Positions 37,573 through 47,512 of a stretch of DNA of 64,000 nucleotides are shown here, one piece after another. Both the position numbers and the translations under genes were made by a program. Each line of letters begins with the position of its first letter. Within the stretch, counting starts at the first letter, position 1. The notes beneath the pieces are model-generated. The model was given only the letters and a program-made list of their open reading frames with translations. It had not been told where the DNA came from and ran no database searches. Location of the stretch: contig OZ037847.1 in NCBI GenBank assembly GCA_964035575.1, positions 620,001 to 684,000 on the forward strand. Reading direction: 5' to 3'. The stretch comes from Rhynchopus sp. YZ270_cl-10 (taxonomy: Eukaryota).

Positions 37573-40257
37573 TTAGTGCGTCAACACCGGCACTGTAAAC
37601 CTCCGCTGCAGGTACCCCTCAACAAGCCGTGTGCAGCTGTACGCCCCTTTTGTGCAGCTTTCCACGTCACTCCACATTTTCTCTGCGGGCTCCCACTCAG
37701 AGGCTATCACATGCTCCGCCCATTTGTTCCACATGACATCTTTTTGTGTTCCTTCACTTTGGCTTGCAAGCTGGTACATCCACTCCTCCGAGGCCACTAC
37801 ACGTTCAGCGAGGAGTGTGTAGAGGGGGATGGGGGTGGAGGCAAGCTTTCTGAAGGAGACTGCGTCCACTACACGCAGTTCGAAGCGTACTGCTTCATGG
37901 GCCATGCTGTTGTCAAGGAGACACATTGCGTTCTGTGACCGTGCATAACGTTCCAGAGCAAACGAAAAAGGAACAACCGCGCCAAAGAAGGAAAACCTCT
38001 TCATACGGTCACCCCCTACAGTGCCGCACCGTGCAACCCCAGATGAAACAGAAGAAGAGAAGCGTATGTCCAAACTCTGGGAGATCGTCGGAAGCGACAA
38101 GACAGCATGGCACGCAGCGGATTGATGCCCCGTCAAGTGTCGGATGGAGTTGTATGTCCCCACAAAGCGGTCCCCAGAAAATGCTTCAGGCGTGCCTCGT
38201 GTGTTTTCAAAAACTGATAAAAGCTGTTCACAAAGGCTGCTATGCCGTGACACAACCGCGGAGACACCCATCTGGAACATCTTTAAAAAATCGCATACGT
38301 TGACGACCAAGAATGTAACATCGCGTTTGACGAGCCCTAGGCTTGAGATGGGAACGTTTTTACGTGATATCTGCTTTGCGAGAGACGACGCGGTAATTAC
38401 TGTGGCCGTCGACTTTGCGGACGAATGGACGGACGACCTCGACCTGTGCTGCGAGCTGCGTTCTGTTGTTCCAATGATCTCGGTTGCTCTATCACTATCA
38501 CTAGAACAGCGCTCTGCCAAGAGGGTCAGCGGGAGGTAGCGACGATACTCCTTCATGTTATCCATGATCAGAATAAAGGCGGCAATGATATCTGATGGGC
38601 GGTCAATATGCCGGATGTAGTCCAAATCCTCTAGCCGCATGGCCGCAATGCTTGATGCACACTTATGCGCAATCGCCTTTTCAGAAAAAAGCTCGTTAAG
38701 CACCTTCCTATCGCGCAACACCCTCATCAACACCAACGGCACCAAAATCAATAATAGCCCCCCAAGGCTTGCCCCTACTGCAATAAACATTGTTGCGTCG
38801 TCGCTGTGTGTGTCTACCGGGCAGTTTGCGTTGCCTAGACCCACATTTGTTGTTCCCGAAGGGCATGGTGTGCAATGTGTTGCGGCGTGGATTGCGCTGA
38901 AGAAGCCTTCTGGACATAAGGTGCATTCTGACAAAGGACGTCCGTTGTAGCTTGAATAGGAGCCGATGTCGCAGGGGGAACAGTGGGCATTGCCTGCAGC
39001 CTTGTCAGCATCGGAGAGAATGTTCGCGTAGTGCCCTTCACTGCAGTTGGTGCAGGTCACTCGGTATGTAGGTGGCATGTCCGCTTTAATCTCCACTTCA
39101 TAAAAAGTTCCATTCCCACACTGCTCCCCCAAAAGCGTCAGCACCGCAGGAAACGAATTAATATAAACCGGCCCATCCGAAAATATTCCATATGTCTTAA
39201 CCTCCTCTGCAGTCAAACAGCGGCCAGGGTTGATGGGTACCCCATTTTTGATGAGAGGGTGGCAGACGGGGTCGAGGGTACCGTTCTTCATCTTATCTAC
39301 AACGTTTTTGAAGACATCCTGCGAGGCCTTCGATGCTTTGAACGAAGGGGTATGCGCCACGGGGCCACCCTGGGCGTATCCGTACCACTCTTTGTCTCTG
39401 ACTGTTGTGTTGCGCAGGGCGCCGCTGTATGAAAGCATGACTGTGTCATAATAGAGTGGCGCGAAGTCCATAGTAGTAGAGGTCAGCACCGAGTCACCCA
39501 CAAGGTGCCTCATGTTGTTGTACTGTCCGACACTGAGCAGGTCGTGCTCCTTTGCGTACAGATCGATCTCGGGGTTGTCTGTGTTGTGCACCAAGATGTC
39601 ACACCCCAAAGCATGCAACCTCTTTGCTGCCTCCCGCTGAAGCGGCCTATTCGAAAACGTCCCAAGCCACACAACCAACACATCAACCTTATGTTCAACG
39701 TACGTGCTGTTCACTATTCCACCTGCCCCAATTTGAGCCCCAATGTATAGCATAGAGATGCCAAGGTTAACGCCAGGGAGGGGGAACGGGGCGACAAACC
39801 CGATGCGTTTGGTCTGGGTGTTGCCGCCAGCGAGAACGCCTGCAGCATACATCGATTGGTCTTGGCGGATGGCGCCTGAGACGAAGTTGGGGAGGTCCGC
39901 TCCAGAGCCAGGTAGATAGGCAAAGTCGGTGTTGGTGTTGGCAAGGGCAGCTGTGCGTATGGCGTCTTCAAAGGCGAAAGACGTAGCAACAATGAGGTTG
40001 AAGCCGTCCCGTGAGAGGTTTGTCATGAACTCTGCAGACGTCTCCGGCACTACGCTCTCAAACATGCGGTCCTCGAGAGTAACGTTGTCCGCAGCGAACA
40101 CAGGTGCTGCCCTCTCGTGGCACAGAATTCGTCCCAAATTGTGCATGTGATTCCATCCCTCATCCGAAATCACCCCACCATAAATATACCCAACCTTAAA
40201 CGTCTCACACACAACCGGAACAGCAGCGAAGCACAATGTCAAGCTGAGTGCTTTCAT
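37573..40257 (-). CDS. Type I membrane receptor: signal peptide + BMP/PnrA-like solute-binding domain + Cys-rich repeats + TM + degenerate class III nucleotide cyclase domain (~894 aa)
   Basis: Likely start MKALSL at 40257, after a pyrimidine tract and AG. KVGYIY..DEGWNHMH, GFNLIVATSFAFE and YAAGVLAG..TKRIGFVA are BMP-family-like. C..CPEGFFS/C..CPSGT repeats, a TM segment FIAVGASLGGLLLILVPLVL, and cyclase-fold motifs VTFLVVNV, FSGD and CGTVGG..RFSFFG follow. Confidence 0.85.
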   Translation of the reverse strand: MKALSLTLCFAAVPVVCETFKVGYIYGGVISDEGWNHMHNLGRILCHERAAPVFAADNVTLEDRMFESVVPETSAEFMTNLSRDGFNLIVATSFAFEDAIRTAALANTNTDFAYLPGSGADLPNFVSGAIRQDQSMYAAGVLAGGNTQTKRIGFVAPFPLPGVNLGISMLYIGAQIGAGGIVNSTYVEHKVDVLVVWLGTFSNRPLQREAAKRLHALGCDILVHNTDNPEIDLYAKEHDLLSVGQYNNMRHLVGDSVLTSTTMDFAPLYYDTVMLSYSGALRNTTVRDKEWYGYAQGGPVAHTPSFKASKASQDVFKNVVDKMKNGTLDPVCHPLIKNGVPINPGRCLTAEEVKTYGIFSDGPVYINSFPAVLTLLGEQCGNGTFYEVEIKADMPPTYRVTCTNCSEGHYANILSDADKAAGNAHCSPCDIGSYSSYNGRPLSECTLCPEGFFSAIHAATHCTPCPSGTTNVGLGNANCPVDTHSDDATMFIAVGASLGGLLLILVPLVLMRVLRDRKVLNELFSEKAIAHKCASSIAAMRLEDLDYIRHIDRPSDIIAAFILIMDNMKEYRRYLPLTLLAERCSSDSDRATEIIGTTERSSQHRSRSSVHSSAKSTATVITASSLAKQISRKNVPISSLGLVKRDVTFLVVNVCDFLKMFQMGVSAVVSRHSSLCEQLLSVFENTRGTPEAFSGDRFVGTYNSIRHLTGHQSAACHAVLSLPTISQSLDIRFSSSVSSGVARCGTVGGDRMKRFSFFGAVVPFSFALERYARSQNAMCLLDNSMAHEAVRFELRVVDAVSFRKLASTPIPLYTLLAERVVASEEWMYQLASQSEGTQKDVMWNKWAEHVIASEWEPAEKMWSDVESCTKGAYSCTRLVEGYLQRRFTVPVLTH

Positions 40258-41068
40258 CTTGCAAAAAAAAAGCAAAAAAAAAAAAAAACCTGAAAGAAGG
40301 GGTGAAAAAAGGGCGACAATGCTGGGCAACAAAAGAATGGGAGAAATGTGGGCACAATTTGTCGGCGACTGCCAACAGGCGACTCTTTGATACGGTTTTA
40401 AAAAGCTGGCTGATACAAAATGATAAAATAAACAAAGCGCCCTCTGCAGACAACCGGATAGATTCTTGGGGAACACTGCACCACCACATATGAGGGAAAG
40501 CTGTGCAGATGCACACTCCACACCCCACCATAAGGGCCCATATTCTGCGCAACAATTACCCTCACTTGGCATCAATCACACCACACACCTATACCCCACC
40601 CCCACCCTATCCCCATATCAGCAGACAGGGTCACAGAAAGGCTGTCAGGGAATACTTCCCCACTGACCCACCCTATTTGACACCGATCTATGCTGATCCT
40701 GAACACAACCCTGCAACGATGTGAACCCCTCCTCTTTTGGAACAACTGTGTGCAAGGCGGTGGGGAGGTCATCAGCACCGCTGCATGGTGGCAGACACAC
40801 CCGCGCATCATCAAGACCCACAGGACTCGGTTGTGACAGGAGGTAAAGCCACTCTCACACCCCACCCACACCACCCACTCTGCGCAGGGGATATCGCACC
40901 CACCTCTTTTGCCTGTATTCCCATCAACGCCCATACAGAAGACAACAATGTAGTCGTATTCTGACGTATTTTGATGGAATGTACATCATTCAACACACAT
41001 TGGGCCATCTTCGGAAATACCCAAAGAAAAAACTGCACCCGACAATACGGTGCGCCTATCCCGCTAGA

Positions 41069-42292
41069 TCATTCCTCCTCTTCTTCCTCCTGCGGTGGGT
41101 CAGGCATAGCCGGGTGAGCACCCAACGCCGTAATAGCAGCATCAAGCATAGCGAGAATCGGTACTGTGCCACCAGATGGTATCAACTCGCGTGCTAATGT
41201 TCGCCCTTCCTCGAAGAGGGTCTGTGGTGATATCTCTGCCAGAGCGTCCAGGTCCATTCCCATGCCCACCCCTGCCCCCATCCCCGCCTGCAGATCACCT
41301 TTAGTGTGCACGGAAGGGTACTCTGCGCATTGAGCCAATCGGGGTAGCTTTGCTAGATGCCTGCGGATGTTCACCCCACAGCATAGCAGTGCTTTCGGCC
41401 CAGCAAGGGTGTTCCCATGCAACGCCTTACCTTCCGCTTGAGCATGATGCGCCGCCCAAAGGTATTCTCCAGTAAGCTCGCAGTACGCTGCCAGGGCACG
41501 ATGCACTTTGACACGGAGAGAATGCTGTGGGGGAAGAGAAGATGCACATAATACGTTCCATGCGTCACGTGGCCGTCCACTGGACAGGGCTGAGGTTACC
41601 GTTTCGTCTATATCCATCCCCTCCTTCCCCCCCTCCCCACAGAGAACGCATTTACACTCAAACCCTCGCGTCTCTAATAGAAGCTCTTTGCGCTCGAGAG
41701 TGTTTTTGTCGTCAAGCTCGAGGTTGAGGTAGTCAATGGTCAGCTCCTCTCCCTTCATGATGTTGCGTCGTGCTACGATCGAAATGGTTTTGTCGGTCGA
41801 TGAGACGTACGGTTCGCAGTTCGCTGTCCAGCTGCAGCTGTGGTTCAGACGCGCTGCTTGGGGAAAGACCAGAGCCCCTCCTGTATCACTATCGCCAAAG
41901 GAATTTTCTTGAATCACCGCAAGCGCTGTGCAGAATTTAGTAAAATAGTCACCCTCCTCGCCATATTGCTGTAAAAACGCCTTTACGACCCCCTCCGCAG
42001 GCAAAAGGTGTGTATGAAAAAAGGAGAATTTGCAATCATGCGCAAGACTCTGCACAACACCATAGGTGTCCAAATCTACAAAGGCCACTGCCGCCTGAAG
42101 CAGCGGAGGGTCCAGCTCCACCCCGCTTGCATACTCGATGGCACCCTGCAGTCGTGCGGCCTCCACGTATGAGACCTCTCTACCACTGCTCAAAGCGGGC
42201 TCCGTGTGTACAATACAACCCTTCTGCACTGCTTCAACCGCAAAGCTGATCTTACCTAGATAAGGATCCACAGAGCTTTCTACCTTCAACAT
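41069..42292 (-). CDS. SET-domain (SMYD-like) lysine methyltransferase
   Basis: FPQAARLNHSC, GEELTIDYL and post-SET GFECKCVLC motifs. The start is inferred at MLKVE (42292), downstream of a pyrimidine tract and AG. Confidence 0.85.
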   Translation of the reverse strand: MLKVESSVDPYLGKISFAVEAVQKGCIVHTEPALSSGREVSYVEAARLQGAIEYASGVELDPPLLQAAVAFVDLDTYGVVQSLAHDCKFSFFHTHLLPAEGVVKAFLQQYGEEGDYFTKFCTALAVIQENSFGDSDTGGALVFPQAARLNHSCSWTANCEPYVSSTDKTISIVARRNIMKGEELTIDYLNLELDDKNTLERKELLLETRGFECKCVLCGEGGKEGMDIDETVTSALSSGRPRDAWNVLCASSLPPQHSLRVKVHRALAAYCELTGEYLWAAHHAQAEGKALHGNTLAGPKALLCCGVNIRRHLAKLPRLAQCAEYPSVHTKGDLQAGMGAGVGMGMDLDALAEISPQTLFEEGRTLARELIPSGGTVPILAMLDAAITALGAHPAMPDPPQEEEEEE

Positions 42293-42429
42293 GATGCCAA
42301 AACTTCTGGAAAATAAAAATAGAAGGGAGTACAGATACCGAAAGGTAAAAAAAGAGTGTCTTTTTTGGATTCGCTGTGTAGAGAACACAGAAGGGGAAGG
42401 ATAGGTAAGAAGGGGGGAAGAATTGATGT

Positions 42430-43881
42430 TCACATATCGAGCAGGTTGTAAGGCCATACTGCGCACATCAACTGCCGGCCAGATGACATAATGGCAGCCC
42501 AATTTGTCTGCGCGAAGCATCCTGTGTCTAAACTTGACTCCAACCCAGTTTCATAACGCTCCCAAGACTTAATGGTAGTGGAGCCCTGTGTTTCTACGAT
42601 GTGAAGAGAGCCGTCATCCCTGTTTAAAATAGTCAATGGTTGTAGCTTTTAAGTGAATATTTTAACAAAGGTTGACAAAAATGCTGGGACGGTAGACAAA
42701 ACAATGAGGTAAAAAAAAAAAAAGGTTTTTTCATGAAACACAGAACGTTGTATTGACCTAACCATAAACAAAGAATAGCCATACCTCCCTCTCATCCCCA
42801 CCAGCCCATCTGGGAACAGAAACGAATGTCCCGAAAGCCCTGCATCCGGACCGTGTATCAGCTCTGCAGAATTGACTGCAGTGGCGGTGTTGACTTTCAC
42901 CATGCTCCTGAGTTTGTTATAATATGATATTTTTCTTGCAAAACTTTCTATTAGTGTACAGTATGAGCTCCACTATTTTTGTTTGTTTTTTGAAAAATTG
43001 ACAATGTGTACACAGGAGACACCATCTGTGTGTGAACTCCACGCAAATTTTGACATTTTTTCATACCTTTGCCCGGTTATGTAGAGATTCTCCTTTGGCG
43101 CAGATGAAGAAACGTATGGATGGAACTGAAGCGACTGTGGGTATTCATTAAGCGGCAGCCCTGTGGGGAGTGACGCGAAGGGGACTGTACCGGAGGGGTG
43201 TTTGTCCCAATCTTGCGCGAGCTTGCGGAGGTCGTAGAGGTGGACTGTGGAGGAGTCGTGCGTGATGGCGACGACGCAGCCTGTGGAGTCGAAGGCGGCT
43301 GCGGGGTATGTGTTGCAGCGCCAGCGGAAGAGTGGGCGGGAGGGTGATGCCATGGCCCAGAGGCATACGGTGCCGTCCTCGGAGGTGCTCATGAAGAAGG
43401 GGTCGTGCCGTGAGAAGTGGCTTGGCACAGCCAGGTCCAGGACCTTCCCGCGGTGCCCATCGAAGTACTGTGTCGTGTGGATGTGGCCGCTCCGCTCCAC
43501 GCCGCACTTCACGCTGTGTTCCCATCCGTTGTCCGAAGAGTACAGCACCCCCAAAGGGCTTCCCTGCCGTGCAGGGCTAGGCTGCACGGCAATGCGGTGC
43601 ACACCATGCTTCTTCGCAGGGTCGACCGTCAGCTCGCTCATGGCCCCGCGCAGCTCGTCCTTCTCCTCCCGTGCAAGCGAGAGGAGGCTCTGCAGAGGGA
43701 GCACATATATCCCATTATCATCGTGCCCCCCCGCAGCAAGGAGAAGCTTGTTGTTCTCATCAACGCAGGTTGCGGTGAAGACGCGGTGGTCCTCCTCCTC
43801 GTCCTCTAGGTGGATGAACAGGGCGTCTGCGAACACATCGCAACCAGGAAGCTTCGTGTCTCGGATGTAGCCGGCACTCAT
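42430..43881 (-). CDS. WDR82: WD40 protein WDR82/Swd2 homolog, 3 exons, ~375 aa
   Basis: Exons 43881-43067, 42907-42785 and 42619-42430 with phase-2 GTATG...CAG introns. KKHGV, YFDGHRGKV, STSEDGTVCLW, AAFDSTG, VHLYDLR and PF match the WDR82 motif order. Confidence 0.75.
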
Positions 43882-44015
43882 CGTATTATGTGCATGGTGC
43901 TGCGTCCTGGGTGAGGGGGTCGTTTTGGTTTGGGAGGGGGAAGTGGGTTAAAAATGTTACAGAAAATTGCAATTTCGCAAATGGGATTTTAGGCTTGACA
44001 AAGCCCAAAAAGGTT

Positions 44016-47000
44016 CTACCCCCGCAAGGAAAGCATAAGCAACGCAGCGATGTCGACAAAGCTCATTGAGAGTGCCAACCCGACACCGTTTTGGATGCAA
44101 AAGGAGTGCAGACAGCCGTGCGCGACGCGCTTCCGTGTGAACGGGTCGCTGTCGTCCCAGGAACTGTCTGCTTCGTTGATTGCCTCTAGCACAGCCTGCA
44201 TGGTCTGCTGTGTCTCCAGCAGCGCCTCCACGCCCACAGACACTTCCGTCTCCACCCCACACTCCCTGCAGTACTGCTTCATGAACAAAGCGCCCACTGT
44301 TGCCAACGCCGCATCGAGCACCCCTATGTCCACATCCACCTCCCCACCCGCCAAGACAAACTCCTCCACCACATCCTCCACAGGCACCAAAGGGTAGCCC
44401 TGCGAAGGCGTCTCTGTGCAACGTTCCAAAGCCTGCAGCTTGCGCACCCCACAGCGGCAGAGTGCGCTGACACATACGTCGTGGTACAACGCAGAGAAGG
44501 AGCCCTGTGTGAGCGAGGAGTCGTCCGCAAGGACGCTGAGTAAAGGGATGAGCAGACTCGGCTGCCTGCGTATCATACCACCCGCATCACACGAGGCCTT
44601 CAAATGGTCCATGATGGCTGAGGTGTGCGTCGCATACTTAATGACCCGCGCAGTGTTGACGGCAGTTGCTAGCAGAACCGAACGCATTTGTGCACAACGT
44701 TGCAACGCAGTACCATCCACACAGACACACACTATCGACGGAACATGCGAGAGAAGACGAAGCAAGGGCACCACAGCGTCCGCCGCCACAAACTCATTAT
44801 GCGAGAGGTCCACTATCTGCAACGACAGCACCGCCTCTTTCATGAGGAAGGTGCACAAATGGTGCACATCACGCGACGTCAGCTCCAGCTCGTTGACGAT
44901 CAGGGCGCGGATCCCTGCGAGGGTGCGTCCATCCGGCCCTAGCAGCGGTGCCAGCGGGTCCTCTGGCAGCACAGCGTCGATGCTCCATGGAGGGTAGTCC
45001 TCTCCTTGGTCGCCTAGAGTGCCGTATAAAAGACGGTCACGTTCAATGCGCTTCTTGAAGGCTGCACGTGCCACGGACATGGCAGTGTGCAGCTTCGGCC
45101 TCGCTGCGTATTTCACCTCGTCGACAAGCATTTCTTGTTTGTACTCCTCGCGTGTCATCACCAAGGGGGTAATGGCCACCGCAGATAGGGACATTTCCGC
45201 AAGCATATCGGCCTCTTGTGTTTGGCTGTTTTTCTTGCGCCACTTTGCGCACAGACGGGCAGCAGGGCTGAGGAACGTCAACGTCTGCTTGACTGCGTCT
45301 GGTGGCGCTAACTCTGTGGTCGATGGAGTGGCATTGTCCGGAAGCTTCACCCCATTGGCACGCTTCGGGGAGAACACCGCGAGGACGTGAGATAGGTCCG
45401 GTGTGCCTGGGGTGGAGTCTTCGTCCTCTGTGTCTTCGCAGACGTCCCGCAGACTGCTTTCCATTTCCTGCAGGATTGCGCCGTAGATCGAGCCGTGGGG
45501 CTTGAGCGTTGTGCCGTGCTTGGCTTCATTCTTTGAGGCGATACTGCGGAATGTGTCGAGCCTTTTGTTCGCCTTCTCAAACCCTACGGTGTAGCGCCGT
45601 GCCACTACTGCATGGCCCCAACGCGACGACGCCATCTCGCTGGCATCGCTGTCTGTGTTGTGCAGGTGACCGCTTGCTCCCCCGCCTCGTAGTCCAGGTC
45701 CAGAATCAGCACGGTGTGTACCTTCTCGCTCTGCAGTGGGGGTCTCAGACGTGGCCAGCGGTGATGATGCCTTCTCCGTCTTTATGTGATGTAGACTATG
45801 CACGGAGCCACGCTTCTTCGCAAACGACGTAGTCTCCTCTTGCCGTCCACCTGTCATGCTGTCGCTGAACGGGAATGCTGACGCAAAGTTCGGCTTCTTC
45901 CCAGACTGCTTGCTGCGCAGCACCGACCTCGTGTCGGCGCTGTGCAGAACACCAGTCCCGTTGTCCTCATCCTTCTTACTGTTCAGCTCAGAGGCAGCAA
46001 CATATTCACTCCAATGCCGTTGTGCAAGAGGATACGAGTAGACAAACATCCGCGCACTTTTTTTCGTCTTGTCCAAAATTTTTGCAGCAAGGGAAGTATA
46101 GTCGTCAATATCAACCGTCGGGATCCATACATCCAAAAGCTCAAAAACAGAGTCGAAAAAGGTGTCGTACGGCATAAAATACTCCCCGTTGCTTTCTTTT
46201 TGCCAGTCTTGCCCAGTTTTCATGATTGCTAGGCGACGCTCTTCGTCGGTCTCGAGAAATTCGTCGACCCATCGTGCAGCAACGTAAAGATAGATCTGCT
46301 TGTCTATAGAGGTGCCGTACGGCCTTGGGCACTTCGGCACCTTCTCCCATATGTCCTTAATGACCTGCTTCAGTTCCGGGTGGGTACGCAACTTCGCACG
46401 CTTCTCAAGCATTGCCGCCTCCAACATAGCGGGATCCGCCTGATTGATGTAACTCACCTTCGTCGAAATACCCAAAAACACCGACCCATAAACGCCCTCA
46501 TCATTTCCTACCTCCTTTTTCAACTTCTTCGACAATATCCGGGAACGTGCCCGGACAAGAAACTGCATCAACTTTCCGAAAAATTTCTGCAACACCCGCC
46601 CCCCTCCGTGTTTAATACCATACATCTCTGACAGTGCACGGATCTGCTTCCTTCTGATGTACTTTACACGGTCATATGCAAACAACCACCGCCTTCTTGC
46701 TTTGGACGCTCCTTTCAACCCTGATTGCACCCTTTTGTGAAGCTGCGAAAACTCTAATTGACGTCCCCCCTGCGTATTCCCTGCAAGCATCAAAGCCTCG
46801 GGCATATCATTGGTCTCTAACGCCACCACAACAGAGGGCTCTGGGGATGTTCCTCCAACACCTTCGCTACCTATCGAGAGTGAATGCATTCGTTTACGCT
46901 CTGGGACAGGGAGATCAAGACAGGATGACTCCGGTGCAAAAGAGGCTCGCCGAATGGTAGGAACCGTTGACTTTGAACGGCTCCGAAGGTGTACTGGAGG

Positions 47001-47240
47001 AAGGTTATGTGAAGGCCTGCGTTGTCCCAGCCGTGTAGACCGTTTCTGTGCATCAGGAAAGCGGTTGTCGGTCGCATTAAACCCAAAAGAAGGTGATACA
47101 GGGGCAGGGGTGGTCCCAAAACCATCCCCCTTCTTGGCATGAGGTGACGGCGTGTTGCGAATGACAAACCCATCATCAGCTAGGTCAGGCTGTGGACCGG
47201 TTGCCAACCGGTTTGGAGTAAAATCGCGCAAATTTCTCAT
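44016..47240 (-). CDS. Uncharacterised 1074-aa protein with EF-hand-like segment and C-terminal LRR-like region
   Basis: Long uninterrupted GC-richer ORF; DWQKES..YDTFFDSVFELLDVW (EF-hand-like) and LQIVDLSHNEF (LRR-like). Confidence 0.75.
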   Translation of the reverse strand: MRNLRDFTPNRLATGPQPDLADDGFVIRNTPSPHAKKGDGFGTTPAPVSPSFGFNATDNRFPDAQKRSTRLGQRRPSHNLPPVHLRSRSKSTVPTIRRASFAPESSCLDLPVPERKRMHSLSIGSEGVGGTSPEPSVVVALETNDMPEALMLAGNTQGGRQLEFSQLHKRVQSGLKGASKARRRWLFAYDRVKYIRRKQIRALSEMYGIKHGGGRVLQKFFGKLMQFLVRARSRILSKKLKKEVGNDEGVYGSVFLGISTKVSYINQADPAMLEAAMLEKRAKLRTHPELKQVIKDIWEKVPKCPRPYGTSIDKQIYLYVAARWVDEFLETDEERRLAIMKTGQDWQKESNGEYFMPYDTFFDSVFELLDVWIPTVDIDDYTSLAAKILDKTKKSARMFVYSYPLAQRHWSEYVAASELNSKKDEDNGTGVLHSADTRSVLRSKQSGKKPNFASAFPFSDSMTGGRQEETTSFAKKRGSVHSLHHIKTEKASSPLATSETPTAEREGTHRADSGPGLRGGGASGHLHNTDSDASEMASSRWGHAVVARRYTVGFEKANKRLDTFRSIASKNEAKHGTTLKPHGSIYGAILQEMESSLRDVCEDTEDEDSTPGTPDLSHVLAVFSPKRANGVKLPDNATPSTTELAPPDAVKQTLTFLSPAARLCAKWRKKNSQTQEADMLAEMSLSAVAITPLVMTREEYKQEMLVDEVKYAARPKLHTAMSVARAAFKKRIERDRLLYGTLGDQGEDYPPWSIDAVLPEDPLAPLLGPDGRTLAGIRALIVNELELTSRDVHHLCTFLMKEAVLSLQIVDLSHNEFVAADAVVPLLRLLSHVPSIVCVCVDGTALQRCAQMRSVLLATAVNTARVIKYATHTSAIMDHLKASCDAGGMIRRQPSLLIPLLSVLADDSSLTQGSFSALYHDVCVSALCRCGVRKLQALERCTETPSQGYPLVPVEDVVEEFVLAGGEVDVDIGVLDAALATVGALFMKQYCRECGVETEVSVGVEALLETQQTMQAVLEAINEADSSWDDSDPFTRKRVAHGCLHSFCIQNGVGLALSMSFVDIAALLMLSLRG

Positions 47241-47512
47241 TCAGAAACGCACTACATCGATCATTTGCCTGGAGAAGGGTTGAATATGGGGTGAGAAGAA
47301 AATTGTTTAGTCATGAAATACAAAAACCCCTAGTCAGTGTACCTTGGTGCATGACCGGCGGTAAGAAGTGCAACAAAAAAAACGTTGAAGAGAGGTGACT
47401 GTTGTGCAGGCCACTTTGCGATGATGACTGATCGTTTTCGGATTATCAAAAGGTTGAGGTGTGTGGGGGTAGCTTTTTTTTTGTTGTCAAAATAGTGGAG
47501 TGAGACGTTCTG

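Noticed and set aside
40258..40575. N-terminal 106 aa of the 1000-aa ORF
   Set aside because: It runs through a poly-T tract and AG; the signal-peptide start at 40257 is more plausible.
42641..42652. TTAAAAGCTACA resemblance to a diplonemid spliced leader (recalled from memory)
   Set aside because: Only 12 nt, intronic, and lacking the rest of the SL exon.
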